Source: an uncultured Collinsella sp. (GTDB taxonomy: Bacteria; Actinomycetota; Coriobacteriia; Coriobacteriales; Coriobacteriaceae). Taken from it: DNA of 64,000 bases. The DNA is taken from contig UQSB01000002.1 of assembly GCA_900543505.1 (NCBI GenBank), positions 15,663-79,662 on the forward strand. Reading direction: 5' to 3'. Shown piece after piece: positions 39,754 through 50,005 of this stretch (within the stretch, counting starts at the first letter, position 1; every line of letters begins with the position of its first letter). Below the pieces are notes generated by a model. That model did not search any database. It had not been told where the DNA came from and was given only the letters and a program-made list of their open reading frames with translations. The position numbers and the translations under genes are program-made.

Positions 39754-40695
39754 ATGTCAGAATTCATTAGGCCTCAGGTTCAGGTCGAAGAGATCAACGA
39801 GACGTCTGCTCGTGTCTCCGTCGAGCCGCTCGAGCGTGGTTACGGCGATACGCTGGGTAACTCCCTTCGTCGCGTTCTTCTGTCCTCGCTCGAGGGTGCC
39901 GCCGTCGAGGCTATTCAGATCGATGGTGCGCAGCACGAGTTCATGACCATCCCTAACATGGTCGAGGATGTCACCGACATCGTCCTGAATGTCAAGGGTC
40001 TTGTCTTCAGGGCTCTCGGCACGACCGACGAGGCGACCGCCACCATCTCGGTTGACGGCCCCTGTGAGGTCACCGGTGCGGACTTCTTTATTCCGTCCGA
40101 GTTTGAGCTGGTCAACCCCGAGCAGCACATCGCTACGCTCACCGAGGGTGGCCATCTCACCATGAGCATGCGCATCGGCTATGGCCGCGGCTATGTTTCT
40201 GGCGAGGCCAACAAGCGCGACAACGATCCCATCGGTGTGATCCATGTCGACTCGCTGTACTCGCCGGTTTCCCGTTGCGCCAAGCTCGTTGAGGCTTGCC
40301 GTGTCGGTCAGCACACCGACTACGACCGCCTTGTCCTCGAGATCGAGACCAACGGCTCCATCGCCCCGCGCGACGCCGTGGTCCAGGCTGCCAATATCAT
40401 CAACCAGCATATGGCCGCCTTTATGAACCTTGCCGAGACCCCCGAGGTCGAGGAGGAGGCTTCGATCTTCGCTCCCGATGTCACCAACGACAACGCCGAG
40501 CTGGACAAGCAGATCGAGGATCTGGACCTTTCCGTCCGTTCCTACAACTGCCTTAAGCGCGCCAGCATTCACTCGGTCCGTCAACTCGTTGAGTTCTCGG
40601 AGAACGATCTGCTCAACATCCGTAACTTCGGTGTTAAGTCGATCGAGGAAGTGAAGGACAAGCTTGAGTCCATGGGCCTGAGCCTGAAGGCTTAA
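39754..40695 (+). CDS. rpoA: DNA-directed RNA polymerase subunit alpha
   Basis: Conserved RpoA N- and C-terminal domains. Confidence 0.95.
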   Translation: MSEFIRPQVQVEEINETSARVSVEPLERGYGDTLGNSLRRVLLSSLEGAAVEAIQIDGAQHEFMTIPNMVEDVTDIVLNVKGLVFRALGTTDEATATISVDGPCEVTGADFFIPSEFELVNPEQHIATLTEGGHLTMSMRIGYGRGYVSGEANKRDNDPIGVIHVDSLYSPVSRCAKLVEACRVGQHTDYDRLVLEIETNGSIAPRDAVVQAANIINQHMAAFMNLAETPEVEEEASIFAPDVTNDNAELDKQIEDLDLSVRSYNCLKRASIHSVRQLVEFSENDLLNIRNFGVKSIEEVKDKLESMGLSLKA

Positions 40696-40725
40696 TGCTT
40701 CGCATATTTGAGGAGAAACTAGACC

Positions 40726-41193
40726 ATGCGTCACAACGTTAAGAAGGGCCTGAAGCTCGGCACCGATGCGAGCCACACCAAGGCCATGAAGAAGAGCCTG
40801 GCCAAGGCCCTCTTCGAGAACGACCGCATCAAGACCACCGAGACCCGCGCTAAGGCGCTGCGTTCGGTCGTCGATCCGATCATCACCTGGGCCAAGAAGG
40901 GCGACCTGCACTCTCGTCGTCTGGCCATCGCCAAGCTCGGCGATAAGCAGCTCGTTGCCGAGATCTTCGACAAGGCTGCCCAGGGCATGTGGCAGGACCG
41001 CAACGGCGGTTACACCCGCATCATGAAGCTCGGCAACCGTAAGGGCGACAACGCTCCTATCGTTATCATGGAGCTCGTCACCGAGCCTTGCACGCCTAAG
41101 GCCAAGAAGGCTGCTCCGGCCCCCAAGAAGGCCGCTGCTCCCAAGAAGGTCGAGGCCGTCGAGGAGGCTCCTGCTGAGGAGACCGCTGAGTAG
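40726..41193 (+). CDS. rplQ: 50S ribosomal protein L17 with Ala/Lys/Pro-rich C-terminal tail
   Basis: Conserved L17 core plus tail PKAKKAAPAPKKAAAPKK. Confidence 0.95.
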   Translation: MRHNVKKGLKLGTDASHTKAMKKSLAKALFENDRIKTTETRAKALRSVVDPIITWAKKGDLHSRRLAIAKLGDKQLVAEIFDKAAQGMWQDRNGGYTRIMKLGNRKGDNAPIVIMELVTEPCTPKAKKAAPAPKKAAAPKKVEAVEEAPAEETAE

Positions 41194-41220
41194 ACAATCC
41201 GTCTGCATAGGCTATATTCG

Positions 41221-41250
41221 AGGGGTACGTTCGCGTACCCCTCTTTTTTT
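41221..41250 (+). terminator. Intrinsic terminator of the alpha operon
   Basis: aggggtacg ttcg cgtacccct followed by cttttttt. Confidence 0.75.
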
Positions 41251-41285
41251 GTCGCGATACCGTTGATTGTTTGTTGGGAGCGCCC

Positions 41286-42110
41286 ATGACCGCGCCGTCT
41301 GATTTCAATTCGATTCCTGAGCTCGATGCCACGCTTGTATTCTGTGTTGCCTATGATGGCTCGTCCTATAGCGGATTTGCCGAGCAGCCGGGCCAGACGA
41401 CCGTTGCGGGCGAGTTGCGCCGCGCTATCGAGACGCTGCTGCGCCGCCCGATCGATCTGACGTGTGCGGGTCGTACCGATGCCGGCGTGCATGCGGTGGC
41501 CCAGTACATTAGCGTGCCCGTAACGGACGCTGAGCTTGCTCTGACGCGCCGTAGGTGGCTGAGGGCTATGGATGCCCTCCTGCCCAAAGATATCGCCATA
41601 AACGAGGTCTACAAGGCCCGTAGGGGCTTTTCTGCCCGCTTTGACGCGCGGTCCCGTACGTATACGTACCGTATTGCCGATCGCGATGCGCGCCCCGTGC
41701 TCTCGCGCGGTGCGGTGTGGTGGCATCGCTATCCCCTCGACGTCGATGCGATGGCGGCCGCCTGCCCTGCGCTTTTGGGCGAGCAGGACTTTAAGAGCTT
41801 TTGCAAGGTTGCCTCTGCTGTGGGCAAGCCCACGCACCGCTGCGTGATGCGTGCGGAGTTTGGCCACGAGGTCGCTTTTGGCGAGGATATCCTGACCTTC
41901 ACTATCGAGGGCAATGCGTTTTTGCACTCGATGGTGCGTACCATTGTAGGAACGCTCGTGGAGATTGGCATGCATCGTCGCGATCCCCAGTGGATGCGCG
42001 AGGTTATTGACGCCCGTGACCGAACCGCTGCGGGTCCCACGGCGCCTGCCTGCGGCCTTACGTTTATGGGTGTGGATTACGGCCCCGACGAGCTTGTCGT
42101 TCTCGACTAG
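41286..42110 (+). CDS. truA: tRNA pseudouridine(38-40) synthase TruA
   Basis: TruA motifs (RTDAGVHA); start at the ATG at 41286. Confidence 0.9.
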   Translation: MTAPSDFNSIPELDATLVFCVAYDGSSYSGFAEQPGQTTVAGELRRAIETLLRRPIDLTCAGRTDAGVHAVAQYISVPVTDAELALTRRRWLRAMDALLPKDIAINEVYKARRGFSARFDARSRTYTYRIADRDARPVLSRGAVWWHRYPLDVDAMAAACPALLGEQDFKSFCKVASAVGKPTHRCVMRAEFGHEVAFGEDILTFTIEGNAFLHSMVRTIVGTLVEIGMHRRDPQWMREVIDARDRTAAGPTAPACGLTFMGVDYGPDELVVLD

Positions 42111-42262
42111 GGGAGTGCTCGGCGCGTCTGTGCCTTGCACATACTATGTGTGAGCTGCGCGTGTGCAACATCTGTTCTTGGCGTGCAACATGTTAGGCGG
42201 CTCGTTGCTTTTATAGCTCGGGTGTACCATGAACGACAGTTTGATTTGGTGCTATCGAGAGG

Positions 42263-43312
42263 ATGGAAAACTTGGTTCGACGTTGTTCGCATCCGCGACT
42301 TTCGGTGATTCTTGTGGTAGAAGGTTCGCCCAGCTATGCGATGCGTGCGCTCGAGAGTATCCAGAACCAAGACCTCTATGATTTGCAGATTGTCGTTGTC
42401 TGCCGCGATGCTGTGCCCGGTGTGCGCCATTCGCTTCAAGTTGCTGCCGACAGGGACATCCATATTGATTTGATTGACGTCGAGGACGCGAAGCGCGGCG
42501 CTTGTCTTCGTGCCGGTTTTGATGCCTCGCGCGGCTCTCAAATCATCGCCATGAACGCCGATGAGTGGTTTGCTCCGCAGGCCCTTTCCAAGATGGTCGA
42601 TATCGCGTGCGATACTGCGGCAGACATTGTGCTCCCCTCGGTGTCGCTCGATCGATACGATGCGCATCGCGAGCGTCATTCGCGCGTCTTGGATGCTGCC
42701 TCTATTGCCATAGAAGACGAGTCTTCTATGGTGACTGGGCTGCCCCAGTTGATTTTAGGCGGCTTGGTTGCTCAAGTCTCTGGCGTGATGTACAGCCGTC
42801 CACTGTTTGAGGCATGTCTTTTGTGCGATAAGACGTTTCGCACGGTTGGGTTTATGGCGTGCGCGCTCTCGCAGGCACAGCGCGTCTCCGGATGCGGCGA
42901 CGCTTGTTTCCACGCGGCGGCGCCTAAGCTTACAGATGCCTTTGATCCCACCATGTATGCCAAGGTATCCGATGACGCCCGGGCGCTCGACGAGCTTGCG
43001 GACTCACTCTCGGAAGCAGATAGCGGTGGTCGGCTCAAGCTGGCAAGCCAAAAGTTCTACTTTGCCGGACTGGTCGCCTGCATCGAGAATTTGTGTCTGA
43101 GCCCGCATGGAGTGTCGTCAATCGAGCGTTCCGCCCGCATGCGTGATATGCTCGAGGCGCCTCGAACCCGTCAGATGGTCGCCGCGCTCAAGGATAACCA
43201 TCGGGGACTCGGTCTGTTGTTTGGGCCGATCGCCAGCGCCAAGCCCGCGCGCTGCGTGATGTGTACGCATCTGGCAGCTTTTCTTAACCGGACGGGCGCA
43301 AAAACCGCCTAA
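42263..43312 (+). CDS. Glycosyltransferase family 2-like protein
   Basis: N-terminal GT-A fold: SVILVV..., DxD-like NADEW. Confidence 0.55.
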   Translation: MENLVRRCSHPRLSVILVVEGSPSYAMRALESIQNQDLYDLQIVVVCRDAVPGVRHSLQVAADRDIHIDLIDVEDAKRGACLRAGFDASRGSQIIAMNADEWFAPQALSKMVDIACDTAADIVLPSVSLDRYDAHRERHSRVLDAASIAIEDESSMVTGLPQLILGGLVAQVSGVMYSRPLFEACLLCDKTFRTVGFMACALSQAQRVSGCGDACFHAAAPKLTDAFDPTMYAKVSDDARALDELADSLSEADSGGRLKLASQKFYFAGLVACIENLCLSPHGVSSIERSARMRDMLEAPRTRQMVAALKDNHRGLGLLFGPIASAKPARCVMCTHLAAFLNRTGAKTA

Positions 43313-43444
43313 ACGGCTCATTACGAAACAAACTTGCATAGAATTGTTTCGAAATGCGTTCTTATACACAAAAGCCTTCAAATAGCGTTAAACTATTCAA
43401 TCACTGATTGATTGTCTCCGCCATCTTTTGGAGAGAGGGTTTGT

Positions 43445-43882
43445 ATGGCTAAAAAACGCAATGGGCGCCAGGATGCCATTAGAGATATTGTGCGCAATAA
43501 GGATGTCCGCACGCAGCGCGTGCTGGTCGATGAGCTCCGTGCTATGGGCTTTGATTGCACGCAGGCGACTGTCTCTCGCGATATTGCCGATATGGGGCTG
43601 CGTAAGCTCCCTGAGGGCATCTATGTTCTGGCAGAGGACCTGCACCTGCAGCGTATGGTTTCCGAGCTCGTAACGGGCGTTCTGCGTACCGATAATCTGG
43701 TTATGATCAAGGCTCAGCCTGGCACGGCTTCCGGCATCGCCGCCGCCGTTGATGCGGCAGAGTTGCCCGATGTGCTTGGCTCGCTTGCCGGCAACGATAC
43801 GATTTTGGTTATTGCCCAGACGGCCGAGGACGGCGAGCGCCTCGAGGCGCTGATCAATAAGCTGAGCAATTCTCGCAAGTAG
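43445..43882 (+). CDS. argR: Arginine repressor ArgR
   Basis: N-terminal winged HTH and C-terminal oligomerisation motif (GTIAGDDTILVI-like: LAGNDTILVIAQ); GGAGAGAGGG RBS; palindrome cgaaacaa-N12-ttgtttcg upstream. Confidence 0.85.
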   Translation: MAKKRNGRQDAIRDIVRNKDVRTQRVLVDELRAMGFDCTQATVSRDIADMGLRKLPEGIYVLAEDLHLQRMVSELVTGVLRTDNLVMIKAQPGTASGIAAAVDAAELPDVLGSLAGNDTILVIAQTAEDGERLEALINKLSNSRK

Positions 43883-43924
43883 GTGTGCGGGCCGTGCGCT
43901 CGGCATTGCGTGCGCTGACATAGT

Positions 43925-43965
43925 GGCTTGTAAGGGGCATCGACGTTGGTCGGTACCCCTTTTTG
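43925..43965 (+). terminator. Intrinsic terminator downstream of argR
   Basis: aagggg...cccc followed by tttttgtttg. Confidence 0.5.
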
Positions 43966-44004
43966 TTTGCCGGTATAAAGACCGCCCACCAGGTCGCTTC
44001 AAAC

Positions 44005-44045
44005 TAAAAGGCCCCGAGCAGTTCAATAAGCTGCTCGGGGCCTTG
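44005..44045 (-). terminator. Intrinsic terminator downstream of the PBP gene (minus strand)
   Basis: 12-bp stem ggccccgagcag/ctgctcggggcc followed by TTTTAGTTT on the minus strand. Confidence 0.7.
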
Positions 44046-44066
44046 TTGGCTTTAGTCGCGTACTTC

Positions 44067-46283
44067 TTAGCCGACCGTATCGTCAGGCGTGGGCGAGGGG
44101 TCGGGAGTGGGCGTAGGCGTAGGCGTGCCGCCATCGCCGCCGGTCGAGCCACCAGTGGAGCCGCCCGTCGAGCCACCAGTGGAGCCGCCCGTCGAGCCAC
44201 CGGTCGTACCGGTGCCGCCGGTGGTGTCGCCGCCCGTGGTCTCGGTGGTCGTGGTCGTCGTGGTAGTTGTTGTGGTGGTTTCCTCTTCCTCTTCGTCCTC
44301 GTCCTTGTCGTCGTTCTCCGACTTCTTGGTGTTGTTGGTGCCGTAGAACTTCCAGACGCTGTTGTTCTTGTAGGTGGGCGCCGTTCCGGTCGCAAACTCC
44401 TCGCGCTCGGTACCGGTCAGAACGGTGTTCATAAACCGCTTAAAGACAGGCAGGTTGGTGCTGTCGCCCAGCAGGTCCGTGCCGTACTTTTGGATGGGGA
44501 TCTCGCCCGCGGAATAGCCGGTCCACAGGGCGCACGCCAGCTGCGGGGTATAGCCGCAGAACCAAAGGTTGGTGGTGTTGTCGGTGGTGCCCGTCTTGCC
44601 GGCATAGGGCTGGTTGACACTCAGGGCGCCGGCAGCACCCGTACCGCTGCCCTTCATGACGCCGGACAGAACATCGGTGACCGCGGCGGCCTCGCCCTCG
44701 GTAAGCACCTGTGAGGGATTGTCGGTGTGCTGGTACAGCACCGAACCGGTACGAGAATCAATCTCGGTGATGGCGATCGGCTGGCGATAGTAGCCGCCGT
44801 TGGCAAACGTCGCGTAGGCGGCGGCCATCTCGAGTGGCGAGATCGAGCCGGTGCCGAGCGTCATGACGGGAACGTCCTCGATGTTGTCCTTGGCGGGGTC
44901 GATGCCGAGCTTTTTGACGAGCGAGATGATCTTGCTGTTGCCGACGGCTTCCGCCACCTGGATGTAGCCGGTGTTGGAGGAGTATGCCGTCGCCTGCTTA
45001 AGCGTGATGTTGCCGTAGCTCTGGTTGGCGTAATTTTGGACCTCGGTCGTGGTGCCCTTGGCCTTGAGCGGCGAGTTGCAGTTGAGGGTGACGTTGGGGT
45101 TCATGCCGTTTTGGATGGCAGTTGCCAGCGTAAAGGCCTTAAAGGTGGAGCCGACGGGACGCTTGGCCGTGGCATGGTTTACGTGGTTCTCGTCGGCGTT
45201 GTAGTCGTAGCCGCCCACCATGCACTTGATGTAGCCGGTCTTGGGGTCGACGACGACCATGCCCATGTCCAGGCCGTCAAGCGAGAGCGTGTCGAGCTGC
45301 TCGCGGACGGCATTCTCTGCCACCTGCTGCATCGTGGGGTCGATGGTGGTCTTGACGGTCAGGCCGCCCTTAAAGAGCACGTCGGTCGAGAACTCCTGCT
45401 CCAGCAGCTGCTTGACGTAGGAGACAAAGTAGGGCTGCGAGTATACGTCGACGCCGCTGCCCGAGATTTCGGTCACGTTGAGGGTGATGGGCTCGGCCTG
45501 TGCGGCATCGTGCTCCTCCTGGGTGATGTGGCCCAGGCGCAGCATGTTGTCGAGAACCTTGTTGCGGCGAGACAGTGCCAGATCGGGATTGACCGTGGGG
45601 TCGTACTGCGAAGGCGAGTTGGGAAGGCCGATGAGTAGCGCGGCCTCGCTCAGGGTGAGGTCGGCGGCGCTCTTGGACAGATAGGTCTCGGCTGCGGCCT
45701 CGATGCCGTAGGCGCCGTGGCCGTAATAGATGGTGTTGAGGTACATCATGAGGATCTCGTCTTTGGAGTACATGTCCTCCATCTTGATGGCGATGTAGGC
45801 CTCGCGCACCTTACGCTCAATGGTCGAGTCGAATTGCTCCTCCTGCAGGATGGTGTTGCGCACAAGCTGCTGGGTGATCGTCGAGGCGCCTTCGTGCCCG
45901 CCGCCGAGGGTTGCCACCGCAGCACGCGCGATACCCCACAGGTCGATACCGCCGTGCTCGTAGAAGCGCTCGTCCTCGACGTCAACGGTGCCCTGCAGCA
46001 CGTAGGGGGAGACCTCGTCCTTGGTGATGGACTTGCGGTTTTGCGTGTAGAAGCTCGCGATCTTGTTGCCGTTACAGTCGACGATCTCGGTGGGCTCGCT
46101 CACCAGATACGCGTTGGCGTCGGTGTAGTCGGGCAGATCGGACAGCCAGCGGTTGACGTTACCGACCATGCCGATGCCAAACGCCACGCCCGCAATCAGC
46201 AGAAAGCCCAAAAACGAGAGCAGGATTATGGGCAGGGCGTGCGTCTTTGAACGGCTGTGTCCCTGTCGTTGGCGAGGACCCAT
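44067..46283 (-). CDS. Class A penicillin-binding protein (transglycosylase plus transpeptidase) with Thr-run and (GGST)n low-complexity C-terminal tail
   Basis: GT51 motifs (EDERFYEHGGID), SxxK/KTG transpeptidase motifs, N-terminal TM; start at MGPRQ with a GGAGG RBS; the ORF track begins 41 codons earlier. Confidence 0.85.
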   Translation of the reverse strand: MGPRQRQGHSRSKTHALPIILLSFLGFLLIAGVAFGIGMVGNVNRWLSDLPDYTDANAYLVSEPTEIVDCNGNKIASFYTQNRKSITKDEVSPYVLQGTVDVEDERFYEHGGIDLWGIARAAVATLGGGHEGASTITQQLVRNTILQEEQFDSTIERKVREAYIAIKMEDMYSKDEILMMYLNTIYYGHGAYGIEAAAETYLSKSAADLTLSEAALLIGLPNSPSQYDPTVNPDLALSRRNKVLDNMLRLGHITQEEHDAAQAEPITLNVTEISGSGVDVYSQPYFVSYVKQLLEQEFSTDVLFKGGLTVKTTIDPTMQQVAENAVREQLDTLSLDGLDMGMVVVDPKTGYIKCMVGGYDYNADENHVNHATAKRPVGSTFKAFTLATAIQNGMNPNVTLNCNSPLKAKGTTTEVQNYANQSYGNITLKQATAYSSNTGYIQVAEAVGNSKIISLVKKLGIDPAKDNIEDVPVMTLGTGSISPLEMAAAYATFANGGYYRQPIAITEIDSRTGSVLYQHTDNPSQVLTEGEAAAVTDVLSGVMKGSGTGAAGALSVNQPYAGKTGTTDNTTNLWFCGYTPQLACALWTGYSAGEIPIQKYGTDLLGDSTNLPVFKRFMNTVLTGTEREEFATGTAPTYKNNSVWKFYGTNNTKKSENDDKDEDEEEEETTTTTTTTTTTTETTGGDTTGGTGTTGGSTGGSTGGSTGGSTGGSTGGDGGTPTPTPTPDPSPTPDDTVG

Positions 46284-46445
46284 ATATTGACCTCCAGGTA
46301 TGTCGTGCCAGACGGTGGATGTGCCGTCGGGGCAGGATGGACATAAGTTATTACACGATAAACCAAACGGGGCGCGCGAGGCCTCGTGTATGCTGGAAGA
46401 CGGCATTTTTCAGAGTGAATGCATACCTTGGTAAGGAGTTTGTCG

Positions 46446-48422
46446 ATGGCGATTCGGACGATGGGGCCGAGCGGACAATACGAGACTGGATTGGATGTTG
46501 TCAGTGCGGCGCTGCCCGAGCTGCTGGCGCCGGCGGGCGGACTCGACCAGATGCTTGCGGCTATCGCCGCGGGTGCCGATGCCATCTATGCGGGGTTGGG
46601 CGGCTTTAACGCCCGTGTGAGCGCCCATGGCTTTACGGATAACGAGTTTGCGCGCGGCTGCGCCGTGGCGCATGCCCATGGCGTGCATGTGTACGTAACG
46701 CTCAACGTGTTCGTGTTTGACGATGAGTTGTCCGACGCGGTGGCGTTGGGAGCTCATGCACTGGAGCTGGGCGCCGATGCTCTGATTGTCGCCGATGCCG
46801 GGTTGGCCTGCGCGCTGCGCGCGGCGATTCCCGGGGTCGAGATTCACCTGTCCACGCAGGCGGGCGCTCATAGCGAGGGTGCCGTGCGGCTTGCCGCCGA
46901 TGAACTGGGGGTCGAGCGCGTGACGACGGCACGCGAGCTGACGGTCGACGAGATTGCGGCGCTATGTGCCACGGGCGTGCCCATCGAGGTATTCTGCCAC
47001 GGTGCGATTTGCATCGGCTATTCGGGGGCGTGCGAGTTCTCGGCCCTGCGGCGTGGGCGCTCGGCGATGCGCGGCGACTGCACGCAGCCGTGCCGTCTGG
47101 CGTACGACCTAGTGGACGAGGCGGGGCAGAGTGTTGTTGCCGTCGAGGGAGACCGCCTGCTTTGTCCGCGTGACTATCTGGGTATCGCGCACCTGCCCGA
47201 GCTTGTTGCCGCCGGCGTGGCATCGCTCAAGATCGAGGGACGCATGAAGAATCCCGATTACGTATTCAACGTGGTGAGGGTGTGGCGTCGGGCACTCGAT
47301 ATGCTGTGCGACGGCGCGTGGGACTCCGGTGCCGTGGAAGAGCTTGAACGCGAGCTGGGAAGGTCGTTTAACCGTGGGTTTACCGATGCTTACCTGCGGG
47401 GTCGTTCGGGTGCCGAGCTGATGAGCTTTGAGCGCGCGATCAACCAGGGCGTGCGCGTGGGGCGCTTGGTCGCTGTGGGCCACGAAGAGGTGACCGTTGA
47501 GCTCGATGCCGCCGTGGCGGCGGGTGACACGCTCGAGATTCGGTTCTATCCGGGTGTCGACGCGCGTCCCGATGTGCCCAAGCGCTGGCCGCAGGTGCCC
47601 TGCCCGGTGGATGCCGCAGCGGGGAAGCGCGTCGTCGTGCATTGCAAGCGTAAGGTGGACGCGGGCTGCGAGGTCTATCTGATTCGCAGCGCCGGCGTGT
47701 TGGATCAGACGACGGCGGTGTTGGAGCGCATGCGGGCCGAGGCGGATGCGATTGCGCCCGTTGCGCGTGCCGTTGAGGTGCTGCCCTTTGAGGACGCTGC
47801 GGTGGATGGCGGCGCGTCGACGGAGTTGGCGGGGTCGGCGGGGCCGGTAAAGCGCGAGGATTTTGCTCGTATGGTCTTTGCCTGGGAGCTGATGGATGTG
47901 GGTCCGCGCGATGAGCGAGATCTGTCCGATACAACGGTGGTGCTCGACGAAGTGTGCCGCGCGGGCGACGCCGAGCGGACTCGGGCGCTTATGCAGCGTG
48001 CCGGGCGCGTCGTCTGCCGCAATCTGGGACAAGTGGCGATGGCCCGCGAGCTGGGCACAACGTTTGACGTGGCGGCGCCGGTGTTCTGTGCCAATCGGGC
48101 CACGCTTACCTGGCTGCGCGGACTCGGTGCGGGGCGGGTGTGCTTGTCGGCCGAGTTGCTCGGCAATGATGCGGAGCGTGTTGCCGAGCTTGCCGCTTGC
48201 CCCGGTGTCTTGGGGCCTGTCGATGCCGACCGTCCCGAGATCATGGTGTGCGAGCACTGCTTGCTGACTGCCGAGGGCGCCTGCGCCACGGATGCAACGG
48301 GGCAGGTCCGTTGCCGTGACTGCTCGCGCCGTCAGCAGGCGCGCTTTTTGGTCGAACGTGACGGCACGCGTTTGCCGGTCGTTATCGACGCGTGCGGCAG
48401 GACGAGGATTTTCCTGTCGTAG
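46446..48422 (+). CDS. Peptidase U32 family protein (second paralog)
   Basis: ELLAPAGG...GADAIY...TQAGAH signature; AAGGAG RBS before the ATG at 46446. Confidence 0.8.
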   Translation: MAIRTMGPSGQYETGLDVVSAALPELLAPAGGLDQMLAAIAAGADAIYAGLGGFNARVSAHGFTDNEFARGCAVAHAHGVHVYVTLNVFVFDDELSDAVALGAHALELGADALIVADAGLACALRAAIPGVEIHLSTQAGAHSEGAVRLAADELGVERVTTARELTVDEIAALCATGVPIEVFCHGAICIGYSGACEFSALRRGRSAMRGDCTQPCRLAYDLVDEAGQSVVAVEGDRLLCPRDYLGIAHLPELVAAGVASLKIEGRMKNPDYVFNVVRVWRRALDMLCDGAWDSGAVEELERELGRSFNRGFTDAYLRGRSGAELMSFERAINQGVRVGRLVAVGHEEVTVELDAAVAAGDTLEIRFYPGVDARPDVPKRWPQVPCPVDAAAGKRVVVHCKRKVDAGCEVYLIRSAGVLDQTTAVLERMRAEADAIAPVARAVEVLPFEDAAVDGGASTELAGSAGPVKREDFARMVFAWELMDVGPRDERDLSDTTVVLDEVCRAGDAERTRALMQRAGRVVCRNLGQVAMARELGTTFDVAAPVFCANRATLTWLRGLGAGRVCLSAELLGNDAERVAELAACPGVLGPVDADRPEIMVCEHCLLTAEGACATDATGQVRCRDCSRRQQARFLVERDGTRLPVVIDACGRTRIFLS

Positions 48423-48519
48423 GTGTTCGGCCGCGCCGTTTTGGTTATTATGAGTGGGTTTATGAACTTCGAGCACCGCCGTATCCGGTGAGGGTGCTAT
48501 AGCAAAAGGAGGATACCCA

Positions 48520-49731
48520 ATGCTGTCTGTCGACGAGCAAATGCGTATCATCACCTCGGGCGCAGCGCAGATCGTCCCCGAGGCCGACCTTCGCAAGAAG
48601 CTTGAGAAGGGCGAGCCCCTCAACATCAAGCTCGGCGTCGATCCCACCAGCCCCGACCTGCACCTGGGCCATGCCGTGCCCCTGCGCAAGATGCGTCAGT
48701 TCCAGGACCTGGGCCACAAGGTCACCCTCATCATCGGTAACGGCACCGCACTGATCGGCGATCCTTCGGGCAAGAATTCCACCCGCCCGCAGCTTTCGCA
48801 GGAGCAGATTGAGGCCAACGCCGAGACCTACGTGAGCCAGGCCATGAAGATCCTGGATCCCGAGAAGACCACCATCGTGCACAACGGCGACTGGATCCTG
48901 TCGATGGATCTGGCCGGCCTGCTGCAGGTGTGCTCCAAGTTCACCGTCGCCCGCATCCTCGAGCGCGATGACTTTACCAAGCGCTACCAGTCCCAGACGC
49001 CGATCGCCCTCCACGAGTTCCTGTACCCCGTGATGCAGGCCTTCGACTCCGTTCAGATCAAGGCCGACGTGGAGATGGGCGGCACCGACCAGCTCTTCAA
49101 CCTGCTCGCCGGCCGCGAGCTCATGGAGAAGATGGGCATGGAGCCGCAGATCGCGCTTACCATGCCGCTGCTCGAGGGCACCGATGGCGTGCGCAAGATG
49201 TCCAAGTCCTACGGCAACTACATCGGCCTGACCGATGCTCCCAAGGATATGTTCGGCAAGACGATGTCCATCCCCGACGAGATGATCGGCAAGTACTATC
49301 GTCTGGCCAGCTCGCTCACCCCGGCCGAGGTCGACAAGATCGACGCTGCCCTGGCCGACGGTTCCGCCGATCCCTATGAGCTCAAGCGCGCGCTGGGCCG
49401 CGACCTGTGCGACACCTATCACGGCGCCGGTGCCGGTGACGAGGCTCAGGCCGAGTTCGACCGCGTGTTCAAGGAGGGCCAGCTTGCCGACTTCCCCGAG
49501 AAGCATGTCGAGCTGACCGTCAACGACGAGGGCCAGATCTACCTCGCAGGCCTGCTTAAGGACCTGGGCCTTTCGGCGAGCGCCGGCCAGGCCCGTCGCG
49601 ACATTGACGGCGGCGGCGTCAAGATCAACGGCGAGGCGGTGGCTCCCAAGAGCTACAACATCGACCCGAGCGCCCTCAAGCTGGGCGACACCCTCTCAGT
49701 AGGCAAGCGCAAGGGCTTTAAGTTGGTCTAG
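48520..49731 (+). CDS. tyrS: Tyrosine--tRNA ligase
   Basis: HIGH-type HLGH and KMSKS motifs, C-terminal S4-like domain. Confidence 0.9.
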   Translation: MLSVDEQMRIITSGAAQIVPEADLRKKLEKGEPLNIKLGVDPTSPDLHLGHAVPLRKMRQFQDLGHKVTLIIGNGTALIGDPSGKNSTRPQLSQEQIEANAETYVSQAMKILDPEKTTIVHNGDWILSMDLAGLLQVCSKFTVARILERDDFTKRYQSQTPIALHEFLYPVMQAFDSVQIKADVEMGGTDQLFNLLAGRELMEKMGMEPQIALTMPLLEGTDGVRKMSKSYGNYIGLTDAPKDMFGKTMSIPDEMIGKYYRLASSLTPAEVDKIDAALADGSADPYELKRALGRDLCDTYHGAGAGDEAQAEFDRVFKEGQLADFPEKHVELTVNDEGQIYLAGLLKDLGLSASAGQARRDIDGGGVKINGEAVAPKSYNIDPSALKLGDTLSVGKRKGFKLV

Positions 49732-49752
49732 CAAGTAGGTCAACCTAACATG

Positions 49753-49788
49753 TGCAATAGGGCCGCAGCCGGAACGATTCCGGCTGCG
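49753..49788 (+). terminator. Intrinsic terminator of tyrS
   Basis: gccgcagccgg aacgatt ccggctgcggc followed by tttttt. Confidence 0.8.
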
Positions 49789-49794
49789 GCTTTT

Positions 49795-49880
49795 TTGGCA
49801 CTTGGGGACGTTCCTTTTGTGCCGGCACTTTGGGACACTCCTTGTCATTGGTGCAAAGTAACCTGTCCCCATTGCGCCAA
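49795..49880. repeat. Copy B of the GGGGACGTTCC 27-bp repeat family, followed by a TGGTGCAAAGTAACCTGTCCCC element (second family, also at 63281)
   Basis: Direct comparison with 655-730, 52800-52915 and 63281-63310. Confidence 0.55.
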
Positions 49881-50005
49881 GCGGCGTGTGCCGTTAAGCG
49901 GACGGGGTGTTAGCGGGACCTTCTTTTGGGCATACAATTGCTATTGGCTTGCTGCGGTGAAGGCTCGTCCGCTCCGCAGTTATTTCTACAGTTAAAGGAG
50001 TATGT

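Noticed and set aside
44089-44346. 85-aa ORF with (PPVE)n repeats
   Set aside because: Antisense reading of the GGST/Thr tandem-repeat tail of the PBP gene.
48423-48519. T-box leader upstream of tyrS
   Set aside because: Intergenic region is only about 97 nt and lacks the specifier loop and T-box sequence (AATTAGGGTGGNACCGCG-like).
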